Below are positions 51,624 to 64,000 of a DNA stretch of 64,000 nt, one piece after another (the stretch's first letter is position 1; every line of letters begins with the position of its first letter). The notes beneath the pieces were generated by a model. That model was given only the letters and a program-made list of their open reading frames with translations, was not told the origin of the DNA and searched no databases. The stretch lies in NCBI GenBank assembly GCA_965203295.1, contig CBDBCZ010000017.1:1664001-1728000 (forward strand), written 5' to 3'. The DNA comes from Nitrospirales bacterium. GTDB taxonomy: Bacteria; Nitrospirota; Nitrospiria; Nitrospirales; UBA8639. The position numbers and the translations under genes were made by a program.

Positions 51624-52140
51624 CCGTATTTCCGCGATCAGACGCCGCCCTAGATTAGTAGCCGCCCTCGAATTATAGCCGCACCTCCGGAAGTGCTGAA
51701 CGAAATAGTGGCCGCCCTCGAATAGTAGCCGCGGCTAAAATTCAAGTACCGCATAAGCAAGAAGATGTAGCAACTACAGTAAAAGTAGAGTAATACTTGA
51801 CTTTGCTAGCTAACAGTTATCGGACCTCACCTTTTTCTTTTTCGAGATTGCGAATTTAAGGGATCAGAGCCCGACGGAGGCTGCCCGCGAATCTATATTT
51901 TCGATACCTCTCCCCTCAAAAAACAGCTGGCATTGTAGCATGACGGCTTTTCGACAGTGTTGAGGCACGAACGGCGATTTTCAAACGGATTTAAACTGCT
52001 GTTGTACATCGCTGTGTAACCAGTAAACCGCTCAATCTAATAAACGCCGCCCTCGATTAGTGGCCGCCCTCGAACAGTGGCCGCGGAAAATCGCGCGGTG
52101 AAATAAATAGTAGCCGCGGCGTCTGATCGCGGAAATACGG
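51624..52140. mobile_element. pogo/Tc1-type MITE (relatives at 60500-60990 and 18449-18590)
   Basis: TIR CCGTATTTCCGCGATCAGACGCCGC flanked by TA. Confidence 0.9.
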
Positions 52141-52259
52141 TATGTCACATTGTAGTTAGGGTATATAGAAGAACTTCTTAAGAGGACTTCTGTAGAATGG
52201 AGTATTTAGTTAGATGGAGTGGTTTCTCTGCTAAAGAAGTGGTGGCTACTGTTTTGAAT

Positions 52260-52697
52260 CTGGCTTTTTTTACGTAGCTTTCAAATCGGTGGACATACCT
52301 ATTCAGACTGGGATCAATGACCTCTTCCGACCCTCGGGAAATGCCATCCACCAAGTATTTATCCCTTCTCTGAATGAGCGTCCTTGGCCACTATGCCTCC
52401 CTTTAGGGTTTGGTGGCCTCGGGCTGGTCAACCCCACAGTAACCTCAGATGACAACCTTTAGTCATCTGTGAAGCTGGCAACACCAGCTGTCATTGCCAC
52501 ACAAGATCAGACCTGCAAAGTTAACCCCAGTGATTTTTTTATTGCGAAGAAAGAAATCAGGGCTTCCTACTCTCAATTAACACAGTGAGGATCAAGCTAA
52601 TAACAGCTGACGCTGCAGCTGTGTTAACTTAGCCCAGGAACGTGGGGCCTCCTCCTGGCTCACTGTGCTGCCTCTCTGAGAGCAAGGCTTCCATTTA
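52260..52697 (+). mobile_element. Decayed non-LTR retrotransposon fragment (post-RT region)
   Basis: LPLGFGGLGLVNP and AQERGASSWLTVLPL*EQGFHL motifs. Confidence 0.6.
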
Positions 52698-55469
52698 CGA
52701 CCACGCTTAATATATATCACTTGCGCAATATAATTATATTATGTCATACGTTACAGTGCAACTGTACAAGGTTTGTAGGTCGAGCTGCAGCAAATTAAGG
52801 TGTTGCCAAGGTTGTGAAAACTTGGTAGGCAGCCGTAAAAATCCTGTTTTCGTAACGTATACATGTAGGTACAAACTGAAAGCGCACGACGAAACTACTG
52901 AGTCAGCACTTTCGCTGCATGTACAGCGCTTGACCATAGACACAATAAATGTATTTTTATGTCATTTGAGTGTAGCAAATTTGACGGAAATAAGCTCTCA
53001 TTGGTTGAAGGGGCATGCGCAGTGCGGCTGGTGCATGATGGTGAGGCGGCAGAGAAGCCAGAGGAGGTTGGACACGGTCATGTTACATACGCGCGTACGC
53101 GATTCTCTATAGAGATTTCTGTATAAAAAGCGCTAGAAAGTTTTCTCGTTAGACTTTAAGCATATCCCCAAGGAATAGACATCTTTCGAAAGCTCTCCCG
53201 AAGTAGATTCAGAATATCTCGCCAACCCCGTTCAACCCCTGGGTCATTGCAGAGCTACGGTCCTTTGAATATCTAGCTATCGGCAAGGCGAGACTATTAT
53301 ACTGGATTCTAGCTATCTAGTAACGGAAAGATGCTGCCCGTATAGGTCCGTTCCAGCCATCTTATCTTACAGCAATCTACAGGCTATTGCAGCTTTATAA
53401 CAAGCTGTGCTTACCTTCTCAGTGAACTAATTGCATGCTGAATGCAACGTGGAATGTAATAAAGTGCAGCAAAAGGCACGTGACTGCGCACGTTAATGAA
53501 TGCGTGTCCAACCTTCTCCGGCGGGAAGCTAATGCAGCTGGCATTCCTGGGTTGCTAAGCCTTGGGGGTATTTAAGGTGTTGCACTTGAAAGCTACGTAG
53601 TCATTCTCGAGCAACTAAAGCTGGAATTTGGCAAAGCAAACTTTCATTTCTAGACGCGCAGTTTTTCCTGTGTGGGTTTCATCTGCTTTCGGTGTTGCAT
53701 TCCCTTCGGTATTGCACTTAATATCGCGGCAATGGCAACCGAGCTCCACAGCAGCTCAATTTTCTGAGCTGTTCAGCGCTATAATTTAAAGGGGGTGGAA
53801 GCCAACGTAGACGAACAGCTTTCTCAGATGCGCCGAGAGCTAAGGGAAAAGCGCGAGTCGGCCGACGACCGGAGAGTGAAGAAACTTCGGGTCGAAAAAA
53901 GCCGACCTTCAAGAAGTTGGGAAATGAAAAAAAAAATCAAATTTAATGTGGAGGTGCAAGTCAAACTGGACTCTGCAGATGCCGCTCTTAATTGCCCAGA
54001 GGCCGCCGGCGGTGGAGAAGGCCAGAACCCTTCTGGAGGAAGGTCAGATACTAATTGCAATATGGCAAAAGAAAATAAGATAGCGGATAGAAGTGAGAAT
54101 GGGTGGGCTACAGTAAAAGAATATGAGCTTGTGGAAATTTCAGACGATTCAGAGCCGAAGCTACGGCAGGAAGAATCAAGAAACAGAAGCAGAATTCTAA
54201 GAATTGTGACTAATCCCGGGAAGAGAGAGCAGCCTCTGGGTGGAGCCACTGAGCCTGGTTTGTTGTTGCCTGCAACTTCCATAGGTGATGCATGCATGCT
54301 AGTGGTGAACTAGCACAGGCTACCATGCTACTGCAAAATTAGTTGCGCCGGTTGAGCAGAGTTCCACCGGTAGTGGAACTTCCCAGTTGGGACCTTACTA
54401 CTTACTTGTGTTGGTAGTTGGGACATGCCTGCTGTTGCAAGTGGGATTTTCAAAGAGTTCTTGAACTGTTTAGGTAGCTAGACATTACTTGGGTTGTTTC
54501 ATGCATACAAGTTGTGAATAGTAAGTGTATGTCGTATTTTCAATACACATGCTTGCAAATTGCCGGTCTGGCAGTTGTTTGATTGTTCGCATTTCCACAT
54601 GCACATCCTAGGCTAGGCGGCTCAAGGAGCTATACCCTTGGGGATGATGGTGGTATGGCCTCATGCACTTGGTGTTCAATCCCAATATTTTGAGTGGGAG
54701 AGCCCCTCCACTGCTACATCAGACTCTGGGATAGTTGTGGAGCAGCACCCCTCAGTGCAGGGCAGGCTGAGGAAAAACATGGATTTTTGGCTCAACGAGC
54801 TGGAGCCTTCAAGTTTTGTTGCAGAAATTGTTTCTGTGGGCTATTGTTTGCCTTTCATGAGGTTGCCAGACCCTAGGTACCAGTGGAACCACAAGTCTGC
54901 GCTGGAAAATGCAGTTTTCGTTGCTGATGCTATTCAGGAACTGGTTACGGGGCATTGTGTGGTGAAGTGTGACAGGTGTCTAATTGTGTGCAGCCCATTG
55001 TCTGTGGTAACCAGTGCCAAGGGCAAAAAACGCCTAGTCTTGGATTTGAGGTACCTGAATCAGTTCTTGCCTGACGGGAAGTTCAAGTACAAGGGGTTAA
55101 ACCTCATTCCGTCATTGTTCCAGCAGGGTGATTATTTAACAGTATTTGACCTTAAATCAGGCTGCCATCATGCAGACATACATGAAGACTGTTGGCCATA
55201 TCTGGGTTTTGCCTGGGAAGTTCAGAGCACTAGATGACGGTATGCTTTTCAAGTGCTACCTTTGGTTTGTCTACAGCATGCTATGTGTTACAAAGCTGCC
55301 GAGACCGCTAGTCAAGAGATGGAGAGCTATGGGTCTCCGATGTGTGATGTACATTGATGATGGAATCAATGCTGTTAGCTCAGAGCACAAATGTGGATCA
55401 GATACAGCTGTGATAGTATCAGATTTACAGCGAGCTGGGTTTGTACTCAATTTTACTAAATCTAGACTG

Positions 55470-55746
55470 TGTAATGGACCTAATTCAGCTGTCCTGAACT
55501 GGACAATGTGGCTGTCATATACAATTTGCCTACATGTCAAAGTTATGTTGAGTGTAATCCACATGTACGTTCGTCTGTGTCATTGTCCATAATTGCTGCC
55601 TGCGGCTGTGTATATGTCTATTTTCTGTGTGTATATATGAGCTGCCGATGGATGTATGAAGAGAGGCCGAAGAATCCTACTCGCTCAGTTGCCACAGAGA
55701 ATGCTGTCGGGATTGGGGCCGGTGCGCAGATACGCCGTCTATTACA
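55470..55746. mobile_element. Solo LTR inserted in the DIRS RT
   Basis: TGTAAT...ATTACA termini with ACTG target-site duplication; removing it restores KSRLQPEQVG. Confidence 0.85.
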
Positions 55747-56894
55747 ACTGCAACCAGAACAAGTTGGGATTTTTCCCTAGATTTGAAGGAAGGAAAAATT
55801 TTGGTTCCTGAAGAGAAAGTAGCCAAGCTTTTATGGTCAATCTGAATGCTTCGAATTCTCCAGTGCATGTTCGATGGTTGGCTAGTGCTGTTGGGCAAAT
55901 AATTTCCATGAGTTTGGCAATTGATCCAGTGGCCCGCTTTCGTACAAGAGCTTTATATGCAGTCATTAACATGCGTTGTTCATGGGCCGATAGGCTTCTC
56001 CTCTCGTCATGTCTATCATATTTTAATGGGCAACCTATTTGATCCTCACCTGGGGTTACACGAGTAGTGTACTCAGATGCGAGTTCCTCAAGTTATGGTG
56101 GTTGCCACGTAGTTGAAGTTGGGCTGGAGGTGGCACATGGGCAGTGGTCAGAATATGAGGCCTCCCTTAGCTCTACATTGAGGGAGCTTAAAGCATATAT
56201 TAGTTAGCCGTATCAGAGATTTTGATGACTGGAAGGTTAATCCTCAGTTCTTTTCCTGGATTGATGGCCTGTGGTGGCCCCACACAGTGGATCGCTTTGC
56301 ACACACTGATAACACACAATTACCAGTATTTAATAGTAGATTCTGGTGTCTGGGCTCTTCTGCTGTTGATGCCTTTACAACCAATTGGTCAGATGAGGTT
56401 AACTGGTGGGTCCCTCCTGTGCATTTGGTTAGTGCATTTGGTTAGTCGTGTGTTGCGGCATGCAGAAGAGTGTAAAACAATGGGTACTCTTGTTGTGCCT
56501 GCTTGGAAGTCAGCATCGTACTGGCTGTTGCTGTGTCCAGATGGTTCTCATTTAGCTCCCTTTGTTCATGTTCATTTTTTATTTCGCAACTCTCTTCCTG
56601 CATGGGAGGAGTGGGAATAATATTGGGGAAGCCCTGAATTCTGACTCTATTATTCTGTGTCTTTGGATAGATTTTTCTCGCCCTCCTAGAGGGTACAGTT
56701 GTGGTTTTTGTACTAAGGATGTTACTGGCTCATGTACAGACTGTATAGCTGAAGTTGGTTCAAGTTCATATGGATATTGCATTACCAAGTCCATCACAAT
56801 TTTGGATTAGTTACTTAGGCTTGGGGTCCATTGAGTATGTTGGGGCACTTTGTTGGGTGCAACCTCAGCGGTTGCTATTATGTAACCTTGTCGG

Positions 56895-57170
56895 GCATGT
56901 TAAGAGCAACCTTGGATATGACCTTGGTGGTCATGTTAAGAGCAACCTTGGATATGACCTTGGTGGTCATGTTAAGAACGACCTTGGAGATGACCTTGGT
57001 GGTCATGTTAAGAACGACCTTGGAGATGACCTTGGTGGTCATGTTAAGAACGACCTTGGAGATGACCTTGGTGGTCATGTTAAGAACGACCTTGGAGATG
57101 ACCTTGGTGGTCATGTTAAAAGCGACCTTGGTGGTCATTGGATATGTCCTTGGTGGTCATTTTAAGAATG
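56895..57170. repeat. 33-bp tandem repeat inside the DIRS
   Basis: Unit GACCTTGGTGGTCATGTTAAGAACGACCTTGGAGAT-like, ~7-8 copies. Confidence 0.95.
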
Positions 57171-59766
57171 GCCTCAGTGGTCATGGGATATAACCTTTGT
57201 AATCAAGTTGAAAACATTCTTCGTCGCCAGCCTATGGGATAGGTTCAAGTGCTAATAAGTCACTCTATATTGCATTGCCTAATATTCCTGCTAATATGCC
57301 TTGTAGTGCATTATCGGGAGTGTTGTTCTCTGAAATGCATACACTTTAAATAGATGTTTTTAAGAAGGGAGTCTGGCCTGAGCTTGCTGACCTAGAGGAC
57401 CCCGAAATGAAGGTTCTGGAAGAGGCACTCCCCAGCATTGTTTTGCAGAGTAAAGCACCAGCTACGATTAGAGATATAGTGGGGCTTTGGGCGATGGAAA
57501 CAATGGACAGCATCCAAAGCAGGTCTAAAGGCTTTTCCAGCCAATCCCATGCAGAAACTTTGTATCTAAGTTACCTGATACGCAAATCCAAGACATGCAA
57601 GTGGAAGAAGTTGTTAATGCTCTTTCTTGGGTTCACCAAGTGGCAGTGGTAGAAGACCCGACTGATCACCCACTAGTGAAACAGATTGTAGCAGGTGCTG
57701 AATGGATACTGGCCCACAGGGTTGCTAAGAAGGAGCCTATGACAGCAGAGATTCTGCACAAGCTAGTGGAGGAATTCATCAGCGATGATGCGGAACTGCC
57801 AGCGGTTAGTCTCCCAATTTTATGCCAGTGCAATGGTATAGTTGGCAAGTGTGCATGCAGTCTTTAGATGAGAGCTTCAACGGGATGGGAAACGGGGCGA
57901 GACGTCATAAATTGGAGCGCAGACTGTGCAGTCTCTCGGTAGCTAAGTCAACACCTGCATTAATTTTCATTGTGACATAGTGTCTTGAGCATCTCTTACT
58001 AGTGGTCTATCTGGGCCTGCCAAGACTTTGTGTACCTTTTGGTGAATTGTTTTAATGTCTTTTGACTTGGGAAGAAACTCCACTGAATTCAGCGTAGAAT
58101 ATTCTATTGAATTGTCTGGAGTAGCTAACTCTCCTTTCTGTGTCTATTTTTCTTTATTTGGACTTTGAAGCTGCTTTTGGTGATGAGTAGTTGTGTACCT
58201 CCAGGGTGCAAGAAGTATGTTATGATTGTTATCACTGATCATGACTTAGTGCAGAATACTCTGCAGTGCCTGAAATAATGAACTGATTGCTCAATTACAG
58301 TGCTCAGAATCTAAAGAGTAAATTTTCTCTGCAAACAGTTTGTCATTTTTACTTTGAATAATTAATGTACATACTTATGATAACTGTTTATAAGCCTAGC
58401 TACCTGAAAAAAAAGGCTGTGGACTAACAATAAAGTACTTTTCCGCCAAATCTTCCATAGACTGCCGTACTTAGCTTCTATGTTTATTTGACATCACGGA
58501 TTTTTTACGCATCCAGAAATGCCGTAACCGTAAGGACTTTCCCTTACTAAACTCGATAATCGCGCGGTTAGCACCAAACTACAGTCTATTGCTCGTGAAT
58601 AAATCGTCGGAACGCTCGATACTGCTACGGACTTACTCTGTTACACGGAGAGACCGCCACAGCAGCAGGGCCGACAACGAACGGGTAGCTGCTCTTGCGA
58701 TATACGCACGAGTGGCGGGGCGGGGGAGAAAAACTATCCACGGAAGATTGTTTGCGCTCATTCTGAGGTTTCCTAGGCAGCTGTACAGGCCTTCCATAAG
58801 CTAATTTTGCGTCTCTCAAGCCATAGATAATATAGCCTATGCTCAAGCCGTATATAGGTTCTAGCCAGTGTAGGCGCCTAGGCGTGGTTTGCGTATTCGT
58901 CATCATACGTCGTGTGATGTGTGAAAAACGTCAGAATACGCAATCAAAATGGCAAAAAATGCCTGCGCAGACAAAAACATTTTTTTGACTGAACAGTAAG
59001 ACCCAGGAATGGTTTGAGTAGTGGTACATTAGTATCAACACTTTAATAGTTCTGTAAAAAATTTTGAGAGTTTTCGGACGATAAGTTCAAAAGTTACTAC
59101 CTTAAGTGATATCCCACTCTAAACACAAACTTTGATCATTAGCTATCTCTGGTGTTAATGTTGATTGAGGAAACATTTCTAACATTCAAAGGTGCCTTGG
59201 CCTGACTACTTGTTATATTCAAGATTTAAACTTTCTCGGAACAAAGATGTAGATTTAATACGCACCGAAACTTTCGGACCATTTTACCACACAGTATGCT
59301 GTATACATACAGTGCTCAGAATCTAGAGTAGATTTTTGATAAAATTGCTTTAAATGTTCTACACCCTACATACTTTGATATTAGGTTCTTAAAAGTGGTA
59401 TGCATTACCTACATACATCTGCTACAAGTTGGGAAAGGTGTTAATTAATTAGTGATAACCTATGGGTTCTATGGCTTCTGCAAGACACCTGACTTGGATA
59501 ATCGCTTAAAGCCACTAGCCGATATGACACTCAGAAATGTGACTGTAATACACAAGTGCAAGTTAGACTCATCCCCAGTCCTTCTCACCCTGGAGTGGGA
59601 AGGACTGAAAACAAGGCTAAGTGTAAGTACCACCAGGCCTTCCCTCTTGCTTTTGGGAGCTGGGCACAAAACAAGTGTCTAGCATTCACGTCACGTTATG
59701 TTGTGATAATTGTGCCTATAAGTTTGACTGTTGCCATTTACTACCGGTATATTTTGCATAGGTTGA

Positions 59767-62700
59767 ATGGATGTGGCAGGAGAGTCAACAATCAACTTGG
59801 CATCGGATGCTTTCAGGAAGCATTATGATACTCTCTATTCAGCACTTGCCTCTCAGCCAGACACAGTTCTTGGACTGACAGCAAGACTGTACAAGAGAGT
59901 ACTAATCACACAGGACACTAGAGATTGTATCCAATTGACTACTGGTATTACCCCTGGACACCAGGCATCCAGACTTCTTCTAGCAGTTGAGTCAAGTATC
60001 AGGATTGACCGAAGAAACCTCCGCCAATTCGTTCGAGTATTGAAAAAGGAGCCTACTTTGAAACCTGTTGCAAATGCACTGCAACAGAGTTACAGTAAGT
60101 ATAGGATTATTGAATGATATGGGGGGAGGGATTGCTTTTCTTAAGCATTCCCATTGCAGCATTTTACATGTATTCTTCATGTTTTTAAATCTTGATGTCA
60201 TGCATGGTTGTGCACTTTCAGGAGCACTTGTGGCTGAGGTTGGTCAAGTCTACACGTCCAGTTCTGAATCAGAGACTGAAGGCAGCGAACACCAGAGACA
60301 AGGTAGTCAGTCGGCCAATATGCCAGTGTATCTTTGCATTTGCTTGCTTGCATAGCGTTGCAGAATAATGTGGTTCTGGCACATACAATGTTGTGTTTAC
60401 TAACACAGTATAATATTGTAATGCACCCACTAATTAGTGCATCAAAGAATAACAAGACTACATGTACTCAGACATTCCAAACAGCACAACTGCGTAGTAC
60501 GTATTTCCACGATCAGATGCAGCAGCTACTAAATATTTCATTGCATGATTTTCTGCGGTCACAATTCAAGAGCGGCCACTAATCGAGGGCGCCGTATATT
60601 GGATTGAGCAGTTTACTGGCTACACAGCGATGCACAACGGTAGTTCAAATCCGTAACCGTTTGTGCCTCAACACTATCGAAAAGCCACCACATTACAATG
60701 CCAGCTGTTTTTTTGGGAGAGATATTGAAAAGATATATTTGCGGGTAGCCTCCATCGGCTCTGATCCCTTTGCAACCTCGAAGAAGACAGATGTGAGGTC
60801 CGACAACCGTTAGCTAGCAAAGTCAGGTATACTGTACTTTTACTGTGGGTATACTACATCTCCTTGCTTATTCTTATCACGGTACTTGAATTTTAGCCGC
60901 GGCTACTAATCGAGGGCGGCCACTATTTTGTTCAGCACTTCCAGAGGTGCGGCTATGAATTGAGGGCAGCGTCTGATCGTGGAAATACGTATGTATACGT
61001 AACTACAAGTAAGCACAACCCCTCAACTACCGACCATAACCCTATTCCTAACTCCAACCCTAGCTGACTTACAAATTTCTGCCAGACCAATAGTCACTTT
61101 AGTACTTCACTCTAGACGTGTGTTTAACATTCATGGGTAATAGATCAGAATTGCTATTGTAGTAGCTGTCATCACTGGAAAAAAAAAACAAGCATCTTCT
61201 ACTATATACTTCAGTACTTCTATCCAGACATGTGATGTTTTTACATTCATAGGTCACAGGTTAGATAGATGTGTGGGAGTGCATGCATGTGGGTTCTGTT
61301 TCTGTCTAGTTCACATGCAATCTTTGATTGTAATAATGAGCATAGTGGAACAATATGGACAGACATAAATACGGAGTCAAATCGCTAATATGAGGCTTAC
61401 TGAAAAATGATTCCAGAAAATTAGAGTTCAAGTGCATCATATGCATTAGCATATGTACCTATTCTCTAGCCTCATACATAGCCGCCCAGCTTGTGTTCGC
61501 TTGTAGGAAGCGAAGAAAGTTGAGACGGTTGGGTACAAAGCTACCTATTCGCATCAGTGAGTAGAAAATTGCAATGCATTTCAGATAGAAACAGTATTAG
61601 ATTACTTTGATTTAGCCATTATCTACCACATATTTCCCTGCAGGGGAGGAATATGGAGAAGATGAAGTTGCCAAAGTAATTGAGAAATTTGAAATTCTAT
61701 TCAACGAATTGGTATACCGTGCCCAGGATGAAATTGAACAAAAGCGCACATCCGTGAAGAAGTTTCGACACACTCTAACACTCCTCCCTCTGTCTATCAG
61801 ACCTGATCATCTGCGGTTCTTGAAAGAAGAACTGCCAAACATTGTAAAATCCGAAAACATCGACGAAATATTCCTTCTTCTCAATCTCTACTGGAGCTTT
61901 ATCGATTACCATTTGCTTGAAGTCATAATCACTGGGCATGGAAGTGAGTCTCTGCAAGCCGAGATGAAGAAGTATGTTCGTGATTTAGCAAAATTCAGAA
62001 GAAACACAACTATTGCTCAGGTGTGTGTGGTTGCTAAAACGTGGCTTCTCAGGCAAGATCATCCTCAGCATTTTTCTAAGCTGACTACCAAATTCAGCGA
62101 GAAGGCCTCCGAATATACCCTTCAAGATTTGGAGGATTTTCGGAAAAGATTCTGCAGAGAATTATCTCTCTCTGAGTCTACTGCCATGCTGGCAGGAGTA
62201 GTAAAAGGATCTGTCATCATTTTGTGGCATATTCCAACAGCCATAGTTAGCAGTTTGACTGCTGCTATACACAGCCATCCTCATCGCCTGTTTGAGCAAC
62301 AGCAACTTGTTGAAATTGATATCGATGGACAGTGTGTATTCAGTGCACAACAGACCACAAGAGGTGAAGGTGTATACTTGTCTGTATAACACGACTATAA
62401 TAAAGCAAACACACTAACTGAGCAGTAGCTTGATTTTTTGAGCTACTGCCAGCTATTTTTAAAGTAGAATTTGGAAGCTTAGTTATGCGTGCAAGCATGG
62501 GTATACCGTAATTTGCTTTTTTTTCGTTTACTAAATTTTCGTGTAAAAAATATTCGTGTTAAAATATTTTCGTATAAATCAAATTGTACGAAAATATTTT
62601 TGTACGAAAAATTTTACAATTCGCACGTGGTGGGCATTAATTGAGCAGGTCGCACCTCGTGCAGTATCGTGTTCGAGATGGCTAGCCGCGGCGAGAAGGA

Positions 62701-63672
62701 GCTGGCTTGTTGTGTTAGAGGCTACCACGTTTACAAAGATATATGGGCAGCAGCGATTGGAGAAGAGCTGGAGTGCAGCAGAGAGCCGACTAACATGGCT
62801 GACAGGTATGCTGTTGCGGTACGGAATGAAGAAACGATCATTGGTCACCTTCCAAGAAAGATCTCAAAAGTATGTTCGCTGTTCTTGCGAAGAGGCGGTT
62901 CAATACGCTGTACTGTGACAGGGAGTAGGCGCCATTATGTACGCGTACTCGTTCTAAATATTCGTCGAAAAAATGTTTCGTTGTAAAATTATATTCGTGT
63001 AAAATATTTTCGTATATTTTCTGCGTACGAAAATATTTTCACAACGAAAATTAAGCGAATTACGGTAGTACAATATCATTTGTAAGCAATTTACATTTTT
63101 TCTCTCTATCTTTAGCATGTGTGGTTGTTCCATCAGAATTGTCCTCACCGACTCCTCCTTTGGATGGCATTGAGGAGGTGAATGCAGAGAATTACATTTT
63201 CATTTCTCGGCTTAATCATACTTGCACATCTTACGTAGTAATGGTGATATGCTGCATGAGCTGGGTTTTTGGCATATTCAATTTTTTTTTCAGACTAAGG
63301 ACTGGTAGAGTACTGTGGCCTCCCAAGTATGTGGTCACTGGAGATGCACTTCTGTGACTTTTCATATAGAGGGGGGTGGTTTTGTTTAGGTTAGGAGGAT
63401 GTGAAAATAGGTCTGCTGCATGTGTAGTGCTGCGCCCACATGTACACATTGGCAACACTTGTTAGTACTTTACAGTATTCTTGGCCAGCATTAACTGTTC
63501 CCTCATATAATATTTCCTATCTTGTTTGGACAAATATAGATGATTTTCTGTTACCCATTGCAGATTATATACAGGACATTTTTTCAACCATCCATTTAAA
63601 ATTAATACAAGTTATTATTACCTTTTTGTAGTCTATCCATGAAGATAAAGTGGTGCAAACTGAAGAACAATT
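59767..63672 (+). CDS. Multi-exon death-fold (CARD-like) protein gene, probably continuing beyond the window
   Basis: Exons 59767-60094, 60222-60302, 61644-~62369, probably 63117-63177 and 63632-63672; first three phase-compatible; helical CARD-like N-terminus and a YWSFIDYHLLE..GSVIILW domain. Confidence 0.7.
62506..63065 (+). mobile_element. 560-bp pogo-type TIR element carrying a HIRAN-domain ORF (62669-62986)
   Basis: TA|CCGTAATT...AATTACGG|TA; ORF has VRGYHVYKDIW..GEEL..REPTN..DRYAVAV..IGHLPRKIS. Confidence 0.85.
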
Positions 63673-63720
63673 GGTGCGTTAATGTAATAACATCCAGGAG
63701 ACCTAAATCAGATTGTTATA

Positions 63721-64000
63721 CCGTATAGCTGGGAAATTTGGCGTGGACTTTAATTTAGCGATTTGGCTAATTGTAAAAAAATTGCAAAAATAAATTCTCA
63801 CCAGTAATAAAGCGTGATGTAATCTGTAACACACCCGCATGATTATCTATAGCTACACGTGTGAGAGGACTTGATCATATTGATGTAGAAATTTTCAAGA
63901 AAGAAATTATTCTTCCCACTCCACAAATGTGTGGTGATTCATCTCTTTCCGGTAATTTAAAAACTGCACGCAAACAAGCACACTCTATCTCGAGAGTTGA
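63721..64000. mobile_element. pogo-type element left end
   Basis: CCGTATAGCTGGGAAATTTGGCG, same family as 34601-35196. Confidence 0.7.

Larger units (their letters stand above)
53530..57810 (+). mobile_element. Degenerate DIRS1-like tyrosine-recombinase retrotransposon (gag, RT, RNase H, methyltransferase-like, YR start)
   Basis: IADRSENGWATVKEY (gag); SPLSVV..GKKRLVLDLRYLN, DLKSG, YIDD (RT); YSDASS (RNase H); DDW..VDRFA..FNSRFW..AVDAF (MT); YR N-terminus from ~57350. Confidence 0.9.

Overview
Eukaryotic, repeat-saturated DNA with short GT-AG introns. It is most likely from a marine invertebrate, probably a demosponge (inferred from intron size, MITE types and a death-fold gene). The left half (~1.9-38 kb) is an old, rearranged tandem/segmental-duplication array. 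It carries about 13 copies of an unannotated cassette: AAACCCACAAGTG box, fixed 17-19 nt spacer, TATA box, short variable segment, AATTTTTGG (Sm-site-like) and a 3' hairpin. This looks like a family of divergent Sm-class snRNA-like genes. Orphan p38 MAPK and spectrin exons are interleaved with it. The right half holds a multi-exon C14orf93/DUF4616-like gene, a spliced USP(C19)-Ulp1(C48) double-protease gene, a decayed DIRS retrotransposon with a nested solo LTR, and a death-fold gene. Also present: a LINE, a frameshifted hAT, many pogo/Tc1-type MITEs (two carrying HIRAN coding sequence), Helitron/Helentron-like and Crypton-like elements, and several tandem repeats. All family assignments are by eye from motifs; no searches were run.
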